Positions 19,824 through 33,608 of a stretch of DNA of 64,000 bases are shown here, piece after piece; the first letter of the stretch is position 1; each line of letters begins with the position of its first letter. Location: the NCBI GenBank assembly GCA_963725865.1, contig CAVSAC010000012.1, positions 1,120,001-1,184,000 of the forward strand. Reading direction: 5' to 3'. The stretch is from Candidatus Eiseniibacteriota bacterium (lineage in GTDB: Bacteria > Eisenbacteria > RBG-16-71-46). A program made the translations under genes and the position numbers. Under the pieces are notes generated by a model, which did no database searches, was not told the DNA's origin, and saw nothing but the letters and a program-made list of their open reading frames with translations.

Positions 19824-21470
19824 ATGGCTGCGAAGCAGTTGCTTTTCAGTGAGCAGGCCCGCGCGCAGGTTCTGGCGGGCGTCGAGCAGCTCGCCCGGGC
19901 GGTCAAGGTGACCCTCGGCCCACGCGGGCGCAACGTCATGCTCGACAAGAAGTGGGGCTCTCCGACGATCACCAAGGACGGCGTGACGGTGGCGAAGGAG
20001 ATCGAGCTCGACGATCCCTATCAGAATATCGGCGCGCAGATGGTGCGCGAGGTCGCCTCGAAGACCTCGAACGTGGCCGGCGACGGAACGACCACCGCGA
20101 CCGTCCTCGCCGAGGCCATCTTCAAGGAGGGCCTCAAGAACGTCACCGCCGGATCCTCGCCCATGTACATCAAGCGGGGCATCGACAAGGCGGTCGAGGT
20201 CGTGGTAGCCGAGCTCAAGAAGCTCAGCAAGCCGGTCAAGGAGAACAAGGAAATTGAGCAGATCGCGACGATCTCGGCCAACTCGGACAGCGTGATCGGC
20301 AAGCTGATCGCCGCGGCGATGGACAAGGTCGGCAAGGACGGCACGATCACGGTCGAGGAGGCTCGCTCTGTGGAGACGACGCTCGACCCGAAGGAGGGCA
20401 TGCAGTTCGACAAGGGCTACATCTCTCCGTACTTCGTGACCGAGAAGATCGACATGGCGGCCAAGCTCGAGGATGCCTACATCCTCCTCTACGAGAAGAG
20501 GCTTTCCGGCATGAAGGACCTGCTCCCGCTCCTCGAGAAGATCGCGCAGAAGGGGAAGCCCCTGCTGGTGATCGCCGAGGACGTCGAGGGTGAGGCGCTC
20601 GCCACGCTGGTGGTGAACAAGCTGCGGGGCACGCTCCAGGTGTGCGCGGTGAAGGCCCCGGGCTACGGTGACCGCCGCAAGGCCATGATGGAGGACATCG
20701 CCGTCCTCACCGCCGGCAAGGTGATCTCCGAGGATCTCGGCATCAAGCTCGAGAGTGTGCAGGTCGAGGATCTCGGTCGCGCGAAGAGCATCACCGTCGA
20801 CAAGGACAACACGACCATCGTCGACGGCGGCGGCAAGCGGGCTGACATCCAGGGCCGGATCACCCAGATCAAAAAGGAGATCGAGGATACGACCTCCGAC
20901 TACGACCGCGAGAAGCTCGAGGAGCGCCTCGCCAAGCTCGCGGGTGGCGTGGCGGTGATTAGCGTCGGTGCGGCCACCGAGATCGAGATGAAAGAGAAGA
21001 AGGCCCGCGTCGAGGACGCTCTGCATGCGACTCGCGCGGCGGTCGAGGAAGGCGTCGTCCCCGGCGGCGGCGTGGCGTACCTGCGCTCGATCGCTGCGCT
21101 CAACCGGCTCGCCAACGAGCTCGACGAAGGCGAGAAGGTGGGCGTGAACATCGTGCGGCGGGCGCTGGAACAACCGCTGCGCACGCTGTGTGACAACGCC
21201 GGCCTCGAGGGCTCGGTGATCGTCGAGAAGGTGAAGAGTTACAAGGGTGAGGACAAGTTCACCGGCTTCGACGTCGAGAAGGAGGAATACGTCGACATGT
21301 TCAAGGCCGGGATCATCGATCCCACCAAGGTGGCCCGCACCGCGCTGCAGAATGCGGCGAGCGTGGCGAGCCTGCTGCTCACGACCGAAGCGCTGATCAC
21401 GGAGATCCCGGACAAGAAGCAGGCGCCGGGCGCGGCGAGCGCCGGTGGTTACGGCGGCGACGACTTCTAG
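19824..21470 (+). CDS. groEL: Chaperonin GroEL
   Basis: [48 protein letters not shown]. Confidence 0.99.
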   Translation: MAAKQLLFSEQARAQVLAGVEQLARAVKVTLGPRGRNVMLDKKWGSPTITKDGVTVAKEIELDDPYQNIGAQMVREVASKTSNVAGDGTTTATVLAEAIFKEGLKNVTAGSSPMYIKRGIDKAVEVVVAELKKLSKPVKENKEIEQIATISANSDSVIGKLIAAAMDKVGKDGTITVEEARSVETTLDPKEGMQFDKGYISPYFVTEKIDMAAKLEDAYILLYEKRLSGMKDLLPLLEKIAQKGKPLLVIAEDVEGEALATLVVNKLRGTLQVCAVKAPGYGDRRKAMMEDIAVLTAGKVISEDLGIKLESVQVEDLGRAKSITVDKDNTTIVDGGGKRADIQGRITQIKKEIEDTTSDYDREKLEERLAKLAGGVAVISVGAATEIEMKEKKARVEDALHATRAAVEEGVVPGGGVAYLRSIAALNRLANELDEGEKVGVNIVRRALEQPLRTLCDNAGLEGSVIVEKVKSYKGEDKFTGFDVEKEEYVDMFKAGIIDPTKVARTALQNAASVASLLLTTEALITEIPDKKQAPGAASAGGYGGDDF

Positions 21471-22014
21471 ATCGTACGCGGCTCGAACGAGACGGGCGTG
21501 GGCTGCGGCTCGCGGTTGGAGTGGCCGATGGCTCACCGAAGCTCGTCGCCCCGGTGTGAGTGTGCGGGCGTTCACGCACCTGCTCGGCGACTGCGGAGCG
21601 ACGCAGTTTGCGGCACACCAGCTAGCGGTCACGTAACGGCGAGGCGGTGCCCCCTTTCTGCTGCCGGGTGAGACCAGCACGCTGCGGTGCGCGCTTGAAC
21701 CGCAGTTTTCAGACGGATCGAGCAGCGGTTCTCTAAGGCACCGGGACGAGCGATCAATTCGACATGGTCACCTCTGGCGAGGGGCGAAATAGGAGCGGGG
21801 GACGTATCGCGGGCCACTGGGTCCCGATCGAGGATCTGTCCCTGCGACGGGACACCCGGGGCACTGTGCGGCCCCGGGCGTCCTTGCGGCACCCAAGACC
21901 TACTTCTTGCCTCGCTCGATGAGTCTTGGAGTGTCCCGGTGCAGGCAGTAGCCTCCGGTGCGACAAGAACGATCTCCCAGTCGAAGGTGGTCAGTGTGAA
22001 GGGGGGAGTAATCC

Positions 22015-22419
22015 GTGACGACGCAGGCGGGTTTGTGGATTGACCATCGGAACGCTGTCATCGTAACGGTTGCGAACAAAGGGGACACGACAAGGCTGGT
22101 CGAATCGAACGTCGATAAACACGTCCGCTATTCTGGCGGCCCAGTATCCGGTGGATTACACGGATCACGGGAGGGCGCGGGAGAAGCAACGCGGGAGCGA
22201 CATTTCGAGGGCCAGCTCAGTAAGTACTATGATGAAGTGATCGCGTGTATCCGAGAGGCGGAAGCCATCTTGATCTTCGGACCGGGCGAGGCGAGCGGTG
22301 AGCTGCAGAAGCATATCGAGCGTGCCGGGTTCGGTTCCCGCATCGTTAGCGTCGAGACGGCCGACAAGATGACGGATCGTCAGATTGCTGCCAAAGTGCG
22401 GGAGCACTTTGCACGGTAG
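22015..22419 (+). CDS. Small aeRF1-domain-2-like (baeRF/host-attachment-like) protein
   Basis: GLWIDHRNAVIV...YYDEVIACIREAEAILIFGPGEA.GEL...ETADKMTDRQIAAKVREHF; GGAG RBS. Confidence 0.65.
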   Translation: MTTQAGLWIDHRNAVIVTVANKGDTTRLVESNVDKHVRYSGGPVSGGLHGSREGAGEATRERHFEGQLSKYYDEVIACIREAEAILIFGPGEASGELQKHIERAGFGSRIVSVETADKMTDRQIAAKVREHFAR

Positions 22420-22467
22420 GATCACTCCACATTGAGCCTGCGCTGACTTGGACTATGGAGAGGCTTC

Positions 22468-22737
22468 ATGAAAGTGTTGATCTGTGTGGATGACTCGGCG
22501 CACTCGGAGACGACGCTGGAATTCGTGCGGAGTATGGCGTGGCCGGTGGATACGGCGATGGTTGTTGTTTCGGCGGTGCACATGCCGTTTGGGGCCTTCT
22601 CGGAGCCCTACGGGCCGGTTGCTTTCGATCTCGGCGCCTGGCTTCGGGAGCTCACCAAGCTGCACGAGGACCTGTCGGCGCGCGTCGCTCAGCAACTAGC
22701 GAAGGCGGGGCTGGCTGTTCAGTCGCGAGGCGCCTGA
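22468..22737 (+). pseudogene. Universal stress protein, 3'-truncated
   Basis: MKVLICVDDSAHSETTLEF Usp N-terminus; ends at 89 aa before the GS-G-GS motif, exactly where integrase-like sequence begins. Confidence 0.8.
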
Positions 22738-22901
22738 GCGGGCACAAGACGGAGAGCATCTACCGGCGCTACGCGATCGTCTCTGAGGCGGATCTCGCCG
22801 AGGGAGTCGCGCGTCGCTCCAGCTTCCGGGAGAGAACCCGCACAGTTCCCGCACAGTCGGCGGGAGGCGGGCCGGAGGCGGGGGAGTTGCCGGACGCGTA
22901 A
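22731..22901 (+). mobile_element. C-terminal remnant of a tyrosine recombinase/integrase
   Basis: RLSGHKTESIYRRYAIVSEADL carries the GH...Y catalytic box; points toward the tRNA-Leu 3' end. Confidence 0.75.
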
Positions 22902-22915
22902 CTGCAGCAAGGCAA

Positions 22916-23002
22916 TGGTGCCGGAGGCGGGGGTCGAACCCGCACTCGGTTGCCCGAACGGGATTTTGAGTCCCGCGCGTCTGCCAGTTTCGCCACTCCG
23001 GC
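22916..23002 (-). tRNA. tRNA-Leu(CAA)
   Basis: GCCGGAGTGGCGAAACTGGCAGACGCGCGGGACTCAAAATCCCG...GGTTCGACCCCCGCCTCCGGCACCA; long variable arm; encoded CCA; 87 nt. Confidence 0.97.
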
Positions 23003-23018
23003 ACTGGGAGGGGCTGCG

Positions 23019-23047
23019 AGGCTAGCAAGCGCGGAGGGCGCGTTCAA
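23019..23047 (-). promoter_or_regulatory. Sigma70-like promoter of tRNA-Leu
   Basis: TTGAAC-17 bp-TAGCCT with extended -10 TG. Confidence 0.6.
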
Positions 23048-23078
23048 CTCCCGCGCGCGACCTGCCGATGACCCGATC

Positions 23079-23201
23079 ATGAGGCAACTCCTGATCACCC
23101 TGGTCGTCGTGGTGCTGTTCGCGGTCGTGCTGCTGATCGCGATGGCGGGGCATCCGGCGCCGCCGGGCGCCACCGGCGCGCCCGCGCTGATCATTCACTG
23201 A
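23079..23201 (+). CDS. Small single-TM peptide (40 aa)
   Basis: MRQLLITLVVVVLFAVVLLIAMAGH...; GC3-rich codons; no clear RBS. Confidence 0.45.
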   Translation: MRQLLITLVVVVLFAVVLLIAMAGHPAPPGATGAPALIIH

Positions 23202-23379
23202 ACACGGCGCTCTCCACGCTGTACCGCGCCGTTCACCGGCGGCCGCCGGGTGCCCGCGGCCGTGCACCGGCCGCGAGTGCCGGCCTTGGCATCCATCGGC
23301 TTACCCGTGGCACATGGCGTGCGTTCGACCTCGGCAACGAGTTGGAGTCCGCCGCTCCCCCCGCTCAGTGGAGGCAATC

Positions 23380-23952
23380 ATGAAGCGCCTGATGATGATC
23401 GTCCTGGTGGCCGCGGTCGCCGGGCAGCTCGCCGCTCCCGATCCTGCGTCGGCGGCCCGCCGCGTCCGAGTCGTTCACCGCGGCCCGTACCATCGCACCG
23501 TCGTGGTCGTGCACCGAGGCTGGCCGCTGCGCCGCCCGCTGCCGGTGGTCGTGGTGCATCCGGTGCGCCGCGCGGTCGTGGTCGCACCCGTCGTGTTCCT
23601 CGCCCCGGTGGTGTGGACGGGTCGCGTGGCCACGCTGCCCGACCACGACCGGCTGGTGTGGGAGGACGGCGAGACGCTGTCGCGCGAGGAGGGCTGGACG
23701 GAGTTCACGCTCAACGCCGACGCGCGCGGCGACGCGCTGTTCCTCGAGGTGCGCGGCAAGGCGCAGATCGACTTCGCCGAGGTGGTGTTCGAGAACGGCG
23801 ACACCCAGGTGGTGGACTTCAGCCAGCGCACCCGCGGCGCGGGGATCTATTCGCTGCTCGACTTCAGGGACGGCCGCCGGGTGTCGCACGTGCGCATGGT
23901 CGCGCGCGCCCGGAGCGACGAGGCCCGGCTGGTGCTGCGCATGGAGCGCTGA
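23380..23952 (+). CDS. Hypothetical secreted protein (Val/Arg/His-rich N-region, beta-sandwich C-region)
   Basis: GGAGG RBS; signal peptide ending ...PASA; DFAEVVFENGDTQVVDF. Confidence 0.7.
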   Translation: MKRLMMIVLVAAVAGQLAAPDPASAARRVRVVHRGPYHRTVVVVHRGWPLRRPLPVVVVHPVRRAVVVAPVVFLAPVVWTGRVATLPDHDRLVWEDGETLSREEGWTEFTLNADARGDALFLEVRGKAQIDFAEVVFENGDTQVVDFSQRTRGAGIYSLLDFRDGRRVSHVRMVARARSDEARLVLRMER

Positions 23953-24070
23953 GCGGAGCGCGGCCGTGAGCGGCGGACTCCTCACCGGGGTCCGCCGCTT
24001 CTGCTTGGGGTGGGGCGCGCGCGCCTGCTAGCATCCCGCGCACACCCTCACCCTGGAGAGCGCAGAGCCC

Positions 24071-25600
24071 ATGGACGACAAGTTCCTGCAGTCGGTGCGC
24101 AGCGCGTTCCCCGCGTCGACCTCGACCGTCACGCTGGGGGCGCCGGTGCTCGAGAACCTCTGTCACCCCGAGCCGCTGGTGAGCATCCCGCTCGCGATGA
24201 TGAATCGCCACGGGCTGATCGCGGGCGCGACCGGCACCGGCAAGACCAAGACGCTCCAGTTGCTCGCCGAGCAGCTCTCGGGCGCCGGCGTGCCGGTGTT
24301 CCTCGCCGACGTGAAGGGCGACGTGTCCGGCATGGGTGCCGCGGGCGAGGCGAACGACAAGATCACCGAGCGCGCGCAGGCGACCGGCTACACCTGGAAA
24401 GGCGCCTCGTTCCCGGTGGAGTACCTCAGCCTGACCGGCAAGCGCGGCGCGCAGCTGCGCGCGACGGTGTCGTCGTTCGGCCCGCTGCTGCTCGCGAAGG
24501 TGCTGGGTCTCAACGAGACGCAGTCGAGCGTGCTGGCGATGGTGTTCAAGTACTGCGACGACAAGGGGCTCCTGCTGCTCGACTTCAAGGACCTGCGCGC
24601 GGTGCTCCAGCACCTGACGGAGGAGGGCGCGGGGGAGCTCAAGGATTACGGCGGCATGTCCAAGGCGACGGTCGGCGTGCTGCTGCGCGAGATGGTGGAG
24701 CTGGAGCAGCAGGGGGCGGGGGCGTTCTTTGGCGAGCCGGAGTTCGACCTCGACACCGACCTGCTGCAGACCGAGCGCGATGGGCGCGGGCTGGTCAGCG
24801 TGCTCGAGCTGACCGACGTGCAGGACCGGCCGGCGCTGTTCTCGACCTTCATGATGTGGATGCTCGCGCGCCTCTACAGCGAGCTGCCCGAAGTGGGGGA
24901 CCTCGACCGGCCGAAGCTGGTGTTCTTCTTCGACGAGGCGCACCTGCTGTTCGACGGCGCCAGCAAGGAGTTCCTGCAGCAGGTGCAGCAGATCGTGCGG
25001 CTGATCCGCTCGAAGGGCGTCGGCGTGTTCTTCGTCACCCAGAGCCCGAAGGACATCCCGGCCGACATCCTGGGCCAGCTCGGCCACCGCGTGCAGCACG
25101 CGCTGCGCGCGTTCACGCCCGACGACGAGAAGGCGCTCAAGGCGGCGTCGCGCACGTTCCCCAAGACCGACTTCTACGACATCGAGCGGACGCTCACGAC
25201 ACTCGGCATCGGCGAGGCGCTGGTCACCGTGCTGGCGCCGAACGGCGTGCCCACGCCGCCGGTCGCCACCCGCGTGGTGCCGCCGGCGTCGCGCATGGGT
25301 CCGCTCACCGACGCGGAGATGGCGCAGCGCCTCGGCAGCTCGGCGCAAGTCCGCAAGTACGCCACGGCGATCGACCGCGAGAGCGCGCAGGAGCTGCTGG
25401 CGAAGCAGGCCGAGGCCGCCGCGCCCGCGACGCCGGCCGCCGAGGCGGCGAGCGGCCCGCGCGGCCGCGCGCCGAAGCCGCAGCCGAACGCGTTCGAGCA
25501 GATGCTCAAGTCGCCGCTCACGCGCGCGGTCGCCACCACCGTGACGCGCGGGTTGATGGGCGCGCTGCTGGGACCGGCGCCGCGGCGGCGGCGCTACTAG
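24071..25600 (+). CDS. DUF853/YjgR-like HerA-superfamily ATPase
   Basis: NRHGLIAGATGTGKTKT, DVKGDVSG, FFDEAHLLF, RLIRSKGVGVFF, RVQHALRAFTP. Confidence 0.92.
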   Translation: MDDKFLQSVRSAFPASTSTVTLGAPVLENLCHPEPLVSIPLAMMNRHGLIAGATGTGKTKTLQLLAEQLSGAGVPVFLADVKGDVSGMGAAGEANDKITERAQATGYTWKGASFPVEYLSLTGKRGAQLRATVSSFGPLLLAKVLGLNETQSSVLAMVFKYCDDKGLLLLDFKDLRAVLQHLTEEGAGELKDYGGMSKATVGVLLREMVELEQQGAGAFFGEPEFDLDTDLLQTERDGRGLVSVLELTDVQDRPALFSTFMMWMLARLYSELPEVGDLDRPKLVFFFDEAHLLFDGASKEFLQQVQQIVRLIRSKGVGVFFVTQSPKDIPADILGQLGHRVQHALRAFTPDDEKALKAASRTFPKTDFYDIERTLTTLGIGEALVTVLAPNGVPTPPVATRVVPPASRMGPLTDAEMAQRLGSSAQVRKYATAIDRESAQELLAKQAEAAAPATPAAEAASGPRGRAPKPQPNAFEQMLKSPLTRAVATTVTRGLMGALLGPAPRRRRY

Positions 25601-25606
25601 GCGTCC

Positions 25607-27646
25607 TTGCGCCGGCTCGGCTCGTGGGCCGCGGCGCTCGCCGCGGCGTTGGTGCTCGCGGCCGCGGCGTGGGTGCAGGCGCCGGCGCTGCGCGCGGGGT
25701 TCGTCGCCGACGACTTTCTGTTCCTGGATCAGGTGCGCGGCCGCGGTCTGGTCGCGGCGCTCGGCGCGCCGGATCCGATCGGCAACTTCCTGCGTCCGGT
25801 GGGCCGCGCGCTGTGGTACTGGGCCCTGGCGCGCGCGGGCGGCGAATCGCCGCTCGTGTTCCACATCGCCAGCCTGACGCTGTTCCTGCTCGTGCTGGTC
25901 CTGCTGTTCGTGCTGGTGCGCCGCCTCGCCGGCGCGCTCGCGGCCACGGTGGCGACCGCCTTCCTGGCGCTCGGTCACGCTCCCGACGTCGCGGTGCGCT
26001 GGGGCGCGGGCGCGCAGGACCTGCTGGCGGTGACGTTCGCGCTCGCGACGCTGCTGCTGCACCGGGCGGGACGGCGGGCACCGGCCGCCCTGTGCCTGGT
26101 GCTGGCGCTGTTGTCCAAGGAGACGGTCGCCGCGACGCCGCTGATCGCGCTGCTGCTCGACCGCCGCGCGAACGAGCCGTGGCGCGCGACCGCGCGGCGC
26201 GCCTGGCCGTTGTTCGCAGCCCTCGGCGCGTGGGCGGCGACGTGGCTGGCGACCGTGCCCGCGCGCCGAGCGACCGGCGCGGCGCTCTCGTTCGTGCCCG
26301 CCAACGTGCCCGCGGCGCTCGCCCACCTCGTGCAGACGGCCGCGGGGCTCGAATGGCCGCCGGGCGGCGGGCCGACGTGGCCGCTGTCGCTCGCACCCGT
26401 CGTGCCGCTGGCGCTTGCGCTGGTCGCGATCGTGCTCGTACCGCCGGCGACGGGGAACTTCCGCGCGCGCCTGCCGTCGACGCGTGCCGCGCTGCTCGCG
26501 GGGCTCGCGTGGGCGCTGCTGGGAGCGCTGCCGGTCGCGCTGGTGGTACCGGTCTGGAGCGCCTACCAGTACCTCTTCGCGCTGTGCGGCGTGGCACTCG
26601 CCCTGGGTGCCGCGCTCGCGTACCGGCCCCGCTGGATCGCCGCGATGGCGGTGCTGCTGCTGGGATGGAGCGCCGCCGGGTCACGCTCGCTCGACGAATT
26701 CGCGCAGACGCCCGAGCGGTGGGCCACGCTCTCGCACGTCAACGCGCGCTACCTCGAGCGCGCCGACATGCTCACGGCGGGATTCGTGGCGGGATCGCGC
26801 GGCGCGTGGCCGAGCCTGCCGGCGGGCAGCACGGTGCTGATCGCCGGCCTGCCGGCCTGGAGCGGAGTGCAGGCCGGCGGCGGACCGGTGCTGCGCTGGG
26901 CGTACCGCGACACCAGCCTGCGCGCGACGTTCACCACCACGTTCACGCGCGCGCGCATCGGGCCCGGTCCGCTCCAGATGCTCACGTACCGCGATGGCGC
27001 GTATACCCGGCGCACGCTCGGCGCGCCGGAGCTGACCGGGCTCGCGCTCAACCTGCTGCTCGACGACGCGCTGCCGTCGGCGCGCGAAGCGCTGCTGTTG
27101 TCGGAGTCGCGTGGCGGCGGCACGGCCGAGCTGCACTACACGCTCGCCTGGGTGGAATGGGCGCTCGGCGACACCGCGGCGGCGGTCGAACGACTGCGAC
27201 GCGCCGGCGCCACCGCGGCCGGCGGTGCTCGGCCCGAGATCGAGGCCGCGATGCGCGAGGTGGCGCGCGGCGACACCGCCGCGGCGTACGAGCGCATGGG
27301 CCGCGCGGTCGGCCGCTACGCGCTCGATCCCGGCGCGCACGCGCTGCTGGCCGACCTGGCGCTGGCGCGCCCCGACGCGCATCCGCTCGCGATCCTGGAG
27401 TCGTTCGCCACCGTGGCGCTCGCGCCGCAGTGGCCCGACGCGTGGCGCCGCTGGGCGGCGTTGCTGGTGCACGACCAGCGGCTGCCGCGCGCTCGGCTGG
27501 CGGTCGAGCGCTGGTTCGAAGTCGCCGGGCCGGCCGGCGAGCGTGACGCCGAGATGCGCGCGCTGCGCGACTGGCTGCGTTCGACCGAGGCCGGGGGCGT
27601 GGCGGCGCGCGCCGCGGTGCGACGCGCGGGCGCCGCGCCGCGCTGA
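25607..27646 (+). CDS. Multi-pass membrane protein with C-terminal TPR-like region (TMTC/GT-C-like)
   Basis: GFVADDFLFL, FLRPVG, SPLVFH, ALLSKE followed by helical repeats. Confidence 0.65.
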   Translation: MRRLGSWAAALAAALVLAAAAWVQAPALRAGFVADDFLFLDQVRGRGLVAALGAPDPIGNFLRPVGRALWYWALARAGGESPLVFHIASLTLFLLVLVLLFVLVRRLAGALAATVATAFLALGHAPDVAVRWGAGAQDLLAVTFALATLLLHRAGRRAPAALCLVLALLSKETVAATPLIALLLDRRANEPWRATARRAWPLFAALGAWAATWLATVPARRATGAALSFVPANVPAALAHLVQTAAGLEWPPGGGPTWPLSLAPVVPLALALVAIVLVPPATGNFRARLPSTRAALLAGLAWALLGALPVALVVPVWSAYQYLFALCGVALALGAALAYRPRWIAAMAVLLLGWSAAGSRSLDEFAQTPERWATLSHVNARYLERADMLTAGFVAGSRGAWPSLPAGSTVLIAGLPAWSGVQAGGGPVLRWAYRDTSLRATFTTTFTRARIGPGPLQMLTYRDGAYTRRTLGAPELTGLALNLLLDDALPSAREALLLSESRGGGTAELHYTLAWVEWALGDTAAAVERLRRAGATAAGGARPEIEAAMREVARGDTAAAYERMGRAVGRYALDPGAHALLADLALARPDAHPLAILESFATVALAPQWPDAWRRWAALLVHDQRLPRARLAVERWFEVAGPAGERDAEMRALRDWLRSTEAGGVAARAAVRRAGAAPR

Positions 27647-27709
27647 GCCCGCGCGGGTTGACGCGCCCCGCACGCTGTTGTAATCCTCTTCGCGCGCCAG
27701 ACTCGAGGT

Positions 27710-27785
27710 GGGGCTGTAGCTCAGTTGGGAGAGCGCTTGACTGGCAGTCAAGAGGTCGACGGTTCGATCCCGTTCAGCTCCACCA
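27710..27785 (+). tRNA. tRNA-Ala(GGC)
   Basis: GGGGCTGTAGCTCAGTTGGGAGAGCGCTTGACTGGCAGTCAAGAGGTCGACGGTTCGATCCCGTTCAGCTCCACCA, 76 nt, G3:U70 pair. Confidence 0.98.
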
Positions 27786-27799
27786 TTATCTACGAAGTG

Positions 27800-27839
27800 A
27801 CGTGAAGGCCCGCCGGGGAGTCTCGGCGGGCCTTCACGT
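27800..27839. terminator. Hairpin terminator, probably bidirectional
   Basis: ACGTGAAGGCCCGCCG / CGGCGGGCCTTCACGT perfect 16-bp stem between convergent genes. Confidence 0.75.
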
Positions 27840-27935
27840 TGGCGCGGCGCCCCGTTCCGGCCCCTGGCCCGGCCCGGCGGCGCCGACGGCGCTGGCGCCC
27901 TCGGGGTCAGCCCGCCACGGGCGCCGCGGCACTCA

Positions 27936-28519
27936 TTAGAGTGCGTGCGGCCTCACGGGCTCCGGCTCGCGGGCGCTCTCCTCGATCAGCCGCTCGAGTG
28001 CGTCGCGGGTCGCGGGCGCCAGCCAGTCCACCTCGCCCTCCTGCGCGATCGCCACGCGGCCGCGCGCATCGAGCACGTACGTGTAGGGCACGCTCGGGCA
28101 CGGCAGCGCCGCGCGCATCGTGCGGCGTCCGTCGATCAGCACCAGCAGGCGCAGCCGTTGCCGAGCGATGAAGCGCGCCACCGACGGGAACGGATCCGCG
28201 CACACTACCGCGACGTGCACGTGCTCCATTCCGGGCGTGCGGCGCAGCGAGTCCAGCGTGCTCACCTGCAGTTTCGCGTGGCGCTGCCAGGGCGCCCAGT
28301 AGTGCACCAGCAGCACACCCTCGCCGTCGTGCAGCCGCGCCATCCCGATCGGCACCGCCGGGAGCACGACGTCGAGCGCGATGTGCGGCCGCGCCGCGGC
28401 CGGCGTCAGCACGAGCGCGCGCGGGTCGCCGCTGCGGCCGACCACGAACAGTTGCGCGTGCCACAGCCAGATCGCGAACCCGGCGGCCAGCACCGTGAAC
28501 AGCAGCGTGGGCGGGCGCA

Positions 28520-28520
<1 letters not shown>
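27936..28520 (-). CDS. Membrane-anchored TlpA/thioredoxin-fold protein lacking CxxC
   Basis: N-terminal TM; VLLVHYWAPWQRHA where WAxWCxxC is expected; SVPYTYVLDARGRV cis-Pro motif; TGATG overlap with cstA. Confidence 0.75.
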
Positions 28521-30373
<1,853 letters not shown>

Positions 30374-30411
30374 GCGGGGGTCCTCGGGTGCACGCGGACG
30401 TCGAACGCGTC

Positions 30412-30441
30412 AGTCTAGCGGCGCGCGCGGTGGCGCATCAA
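30412..30441 (-). promoter_or_regulatory. Sigma70-like promoter of cstA
   Basis: TTGATG-18 bp-TAGACT. Confidence 0.45.
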
Positions 30442-30521
30442 CGTCCGAAGCGCGGCATGCCGCGGCCGGTGGCCGGCAGCGGACGGGAGCAGGTGACTCG
30501 CGGAGCGGCGGACGGCGGCGC

Positions 30522-31477
30522 TCAGGCCGCGACGCTGTAGCGCGTGGCGTCGGCGGGCTCCTGCGCGTACAGCTTCAGGAACACGGCGACCACCTGGGGA
30601 TCGAACTGGGCCCCGCTGGCCTGGCGGATGATCTCGACCGCCTGGGTGTGGGTGCGGCTCTTGCGGTAGGCGCGTTCGCTGACGATGGCGTCGTAGGTGT
30701 CGGCCACCGCGATGATGCGCGCGCCGATCGGGATCGCCTCGCCCTTGAGGCCCTTGTAGCCGTTGCCGTCCCAGCGCTCGTGGTGATACGCGACCATCGG
30801 GATCACGCGCTTGAGGATGCCGCCCATGCTGCGCATCAGTCGGGCGCCGTGGTCGACGTGGCTCTTCATCTCGCTGAACTCGTCGTCCGTGAGCCCGGCC
30901 GCCTTGCGCAGCACCTCGGTGCTGATCTCGATCTTGCCGATGTCGTGCAGGAATCCGCCGATGCGGATGTCCTCGATCAGGTCCTCGCGCAGGTGCAGCG
31001 CGTGCGCCATCTCGACCGAGTAGTCGGCGACGCGGCGCGAGTGGTCCTCCGTGTACTTGTCGGCGGAGTCGATCAGCTTCGACATCAACTCGATGATGCC
31101 CTCGTAGGCGTCGCGCAGCTCGCGCAGTTGCAGCTCCTTGGTCTCGTAGAGGGTGCCCACGACGTACGACGTGAGGATCAGGAAGCAACCCCAGGTGCCG
31201 AGGTCGAGCCAGCGCATCCAGGCTTCGGGGTCGGCGGCGCCGAACTGACGCGCGCTCGCGAGCGCGATCAGGAACACGATCGCGCAGGCGGCCACCGCCG
31301 AGTACACGCCCTTGCGCAAGCCCATCGTGTAGGCGCCGAACACCACGGGCAGGTAGTAGAAGTTCAGGAACGCGCGCTGGTTCACGACGAAGAAGTTGAT
31401 GACCCCGGTGATCGCGACGATGCCGAGCAGCACGAGCAGGCTGCCATCGACGCTCCACCAGGCACGGCGGCGGGTGG

Positions 31478-31481
<4 letters not shown>
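30522..31481 (-). CDS. Membrane-anchored HD-GYP domain phosphodiesterase
   Basis: GTG start overlaps the ATPase stop (GTGA); about four N-terminal TMs; HSRRV, LHDIGK, HHERWDGNGYK, ARIIAVADTYDA, GAQFDP. Confidence 0.9.
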
Positions 31482-33460
<1,979 letters not shown>

Positions 33461-33571
33461 CCTGGCTCCAGACGTTTCGAGGGAATGGGATACGCGCTCT
33501 GGTTATCGGCCGCCCGAGCGCCTCGCTTCAGGGTCACGCGGGATCGGCGGGCCGCGCCGCGGGGGGGGCGG

Positions 33572-33600
33572 TTGAGGGGGTTCGGGCCGCATGTTACGGT
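33572..33600 (+). promoter_or_regulatory. Sigma70-like promoter giving a near-leaderless transcript
   Basis: TTGAGG-17 bp-TACGGT with extended -10 TG, 8 nt before ATG 33609. Confidence 0.5.
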
Positions 33601-33608
33601 GCCGCGAC

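Noticed and set aside
21595..21625. RSLRHTS peptide as a second integrase remnant
   Set aside because: Too short, followed at once by a stop, and with no supporting context.
24010..27546. 1178-aa plus-strand ORF
   Set aside because: Alternative frame over the DUF853 and TMTC-like genes; low-complexity translation.
28270..28300. Selenocysteine in the TlpA-like protein
   Set aside because: Active-site codons are CAG and GCG; there is no in-frame TGA.
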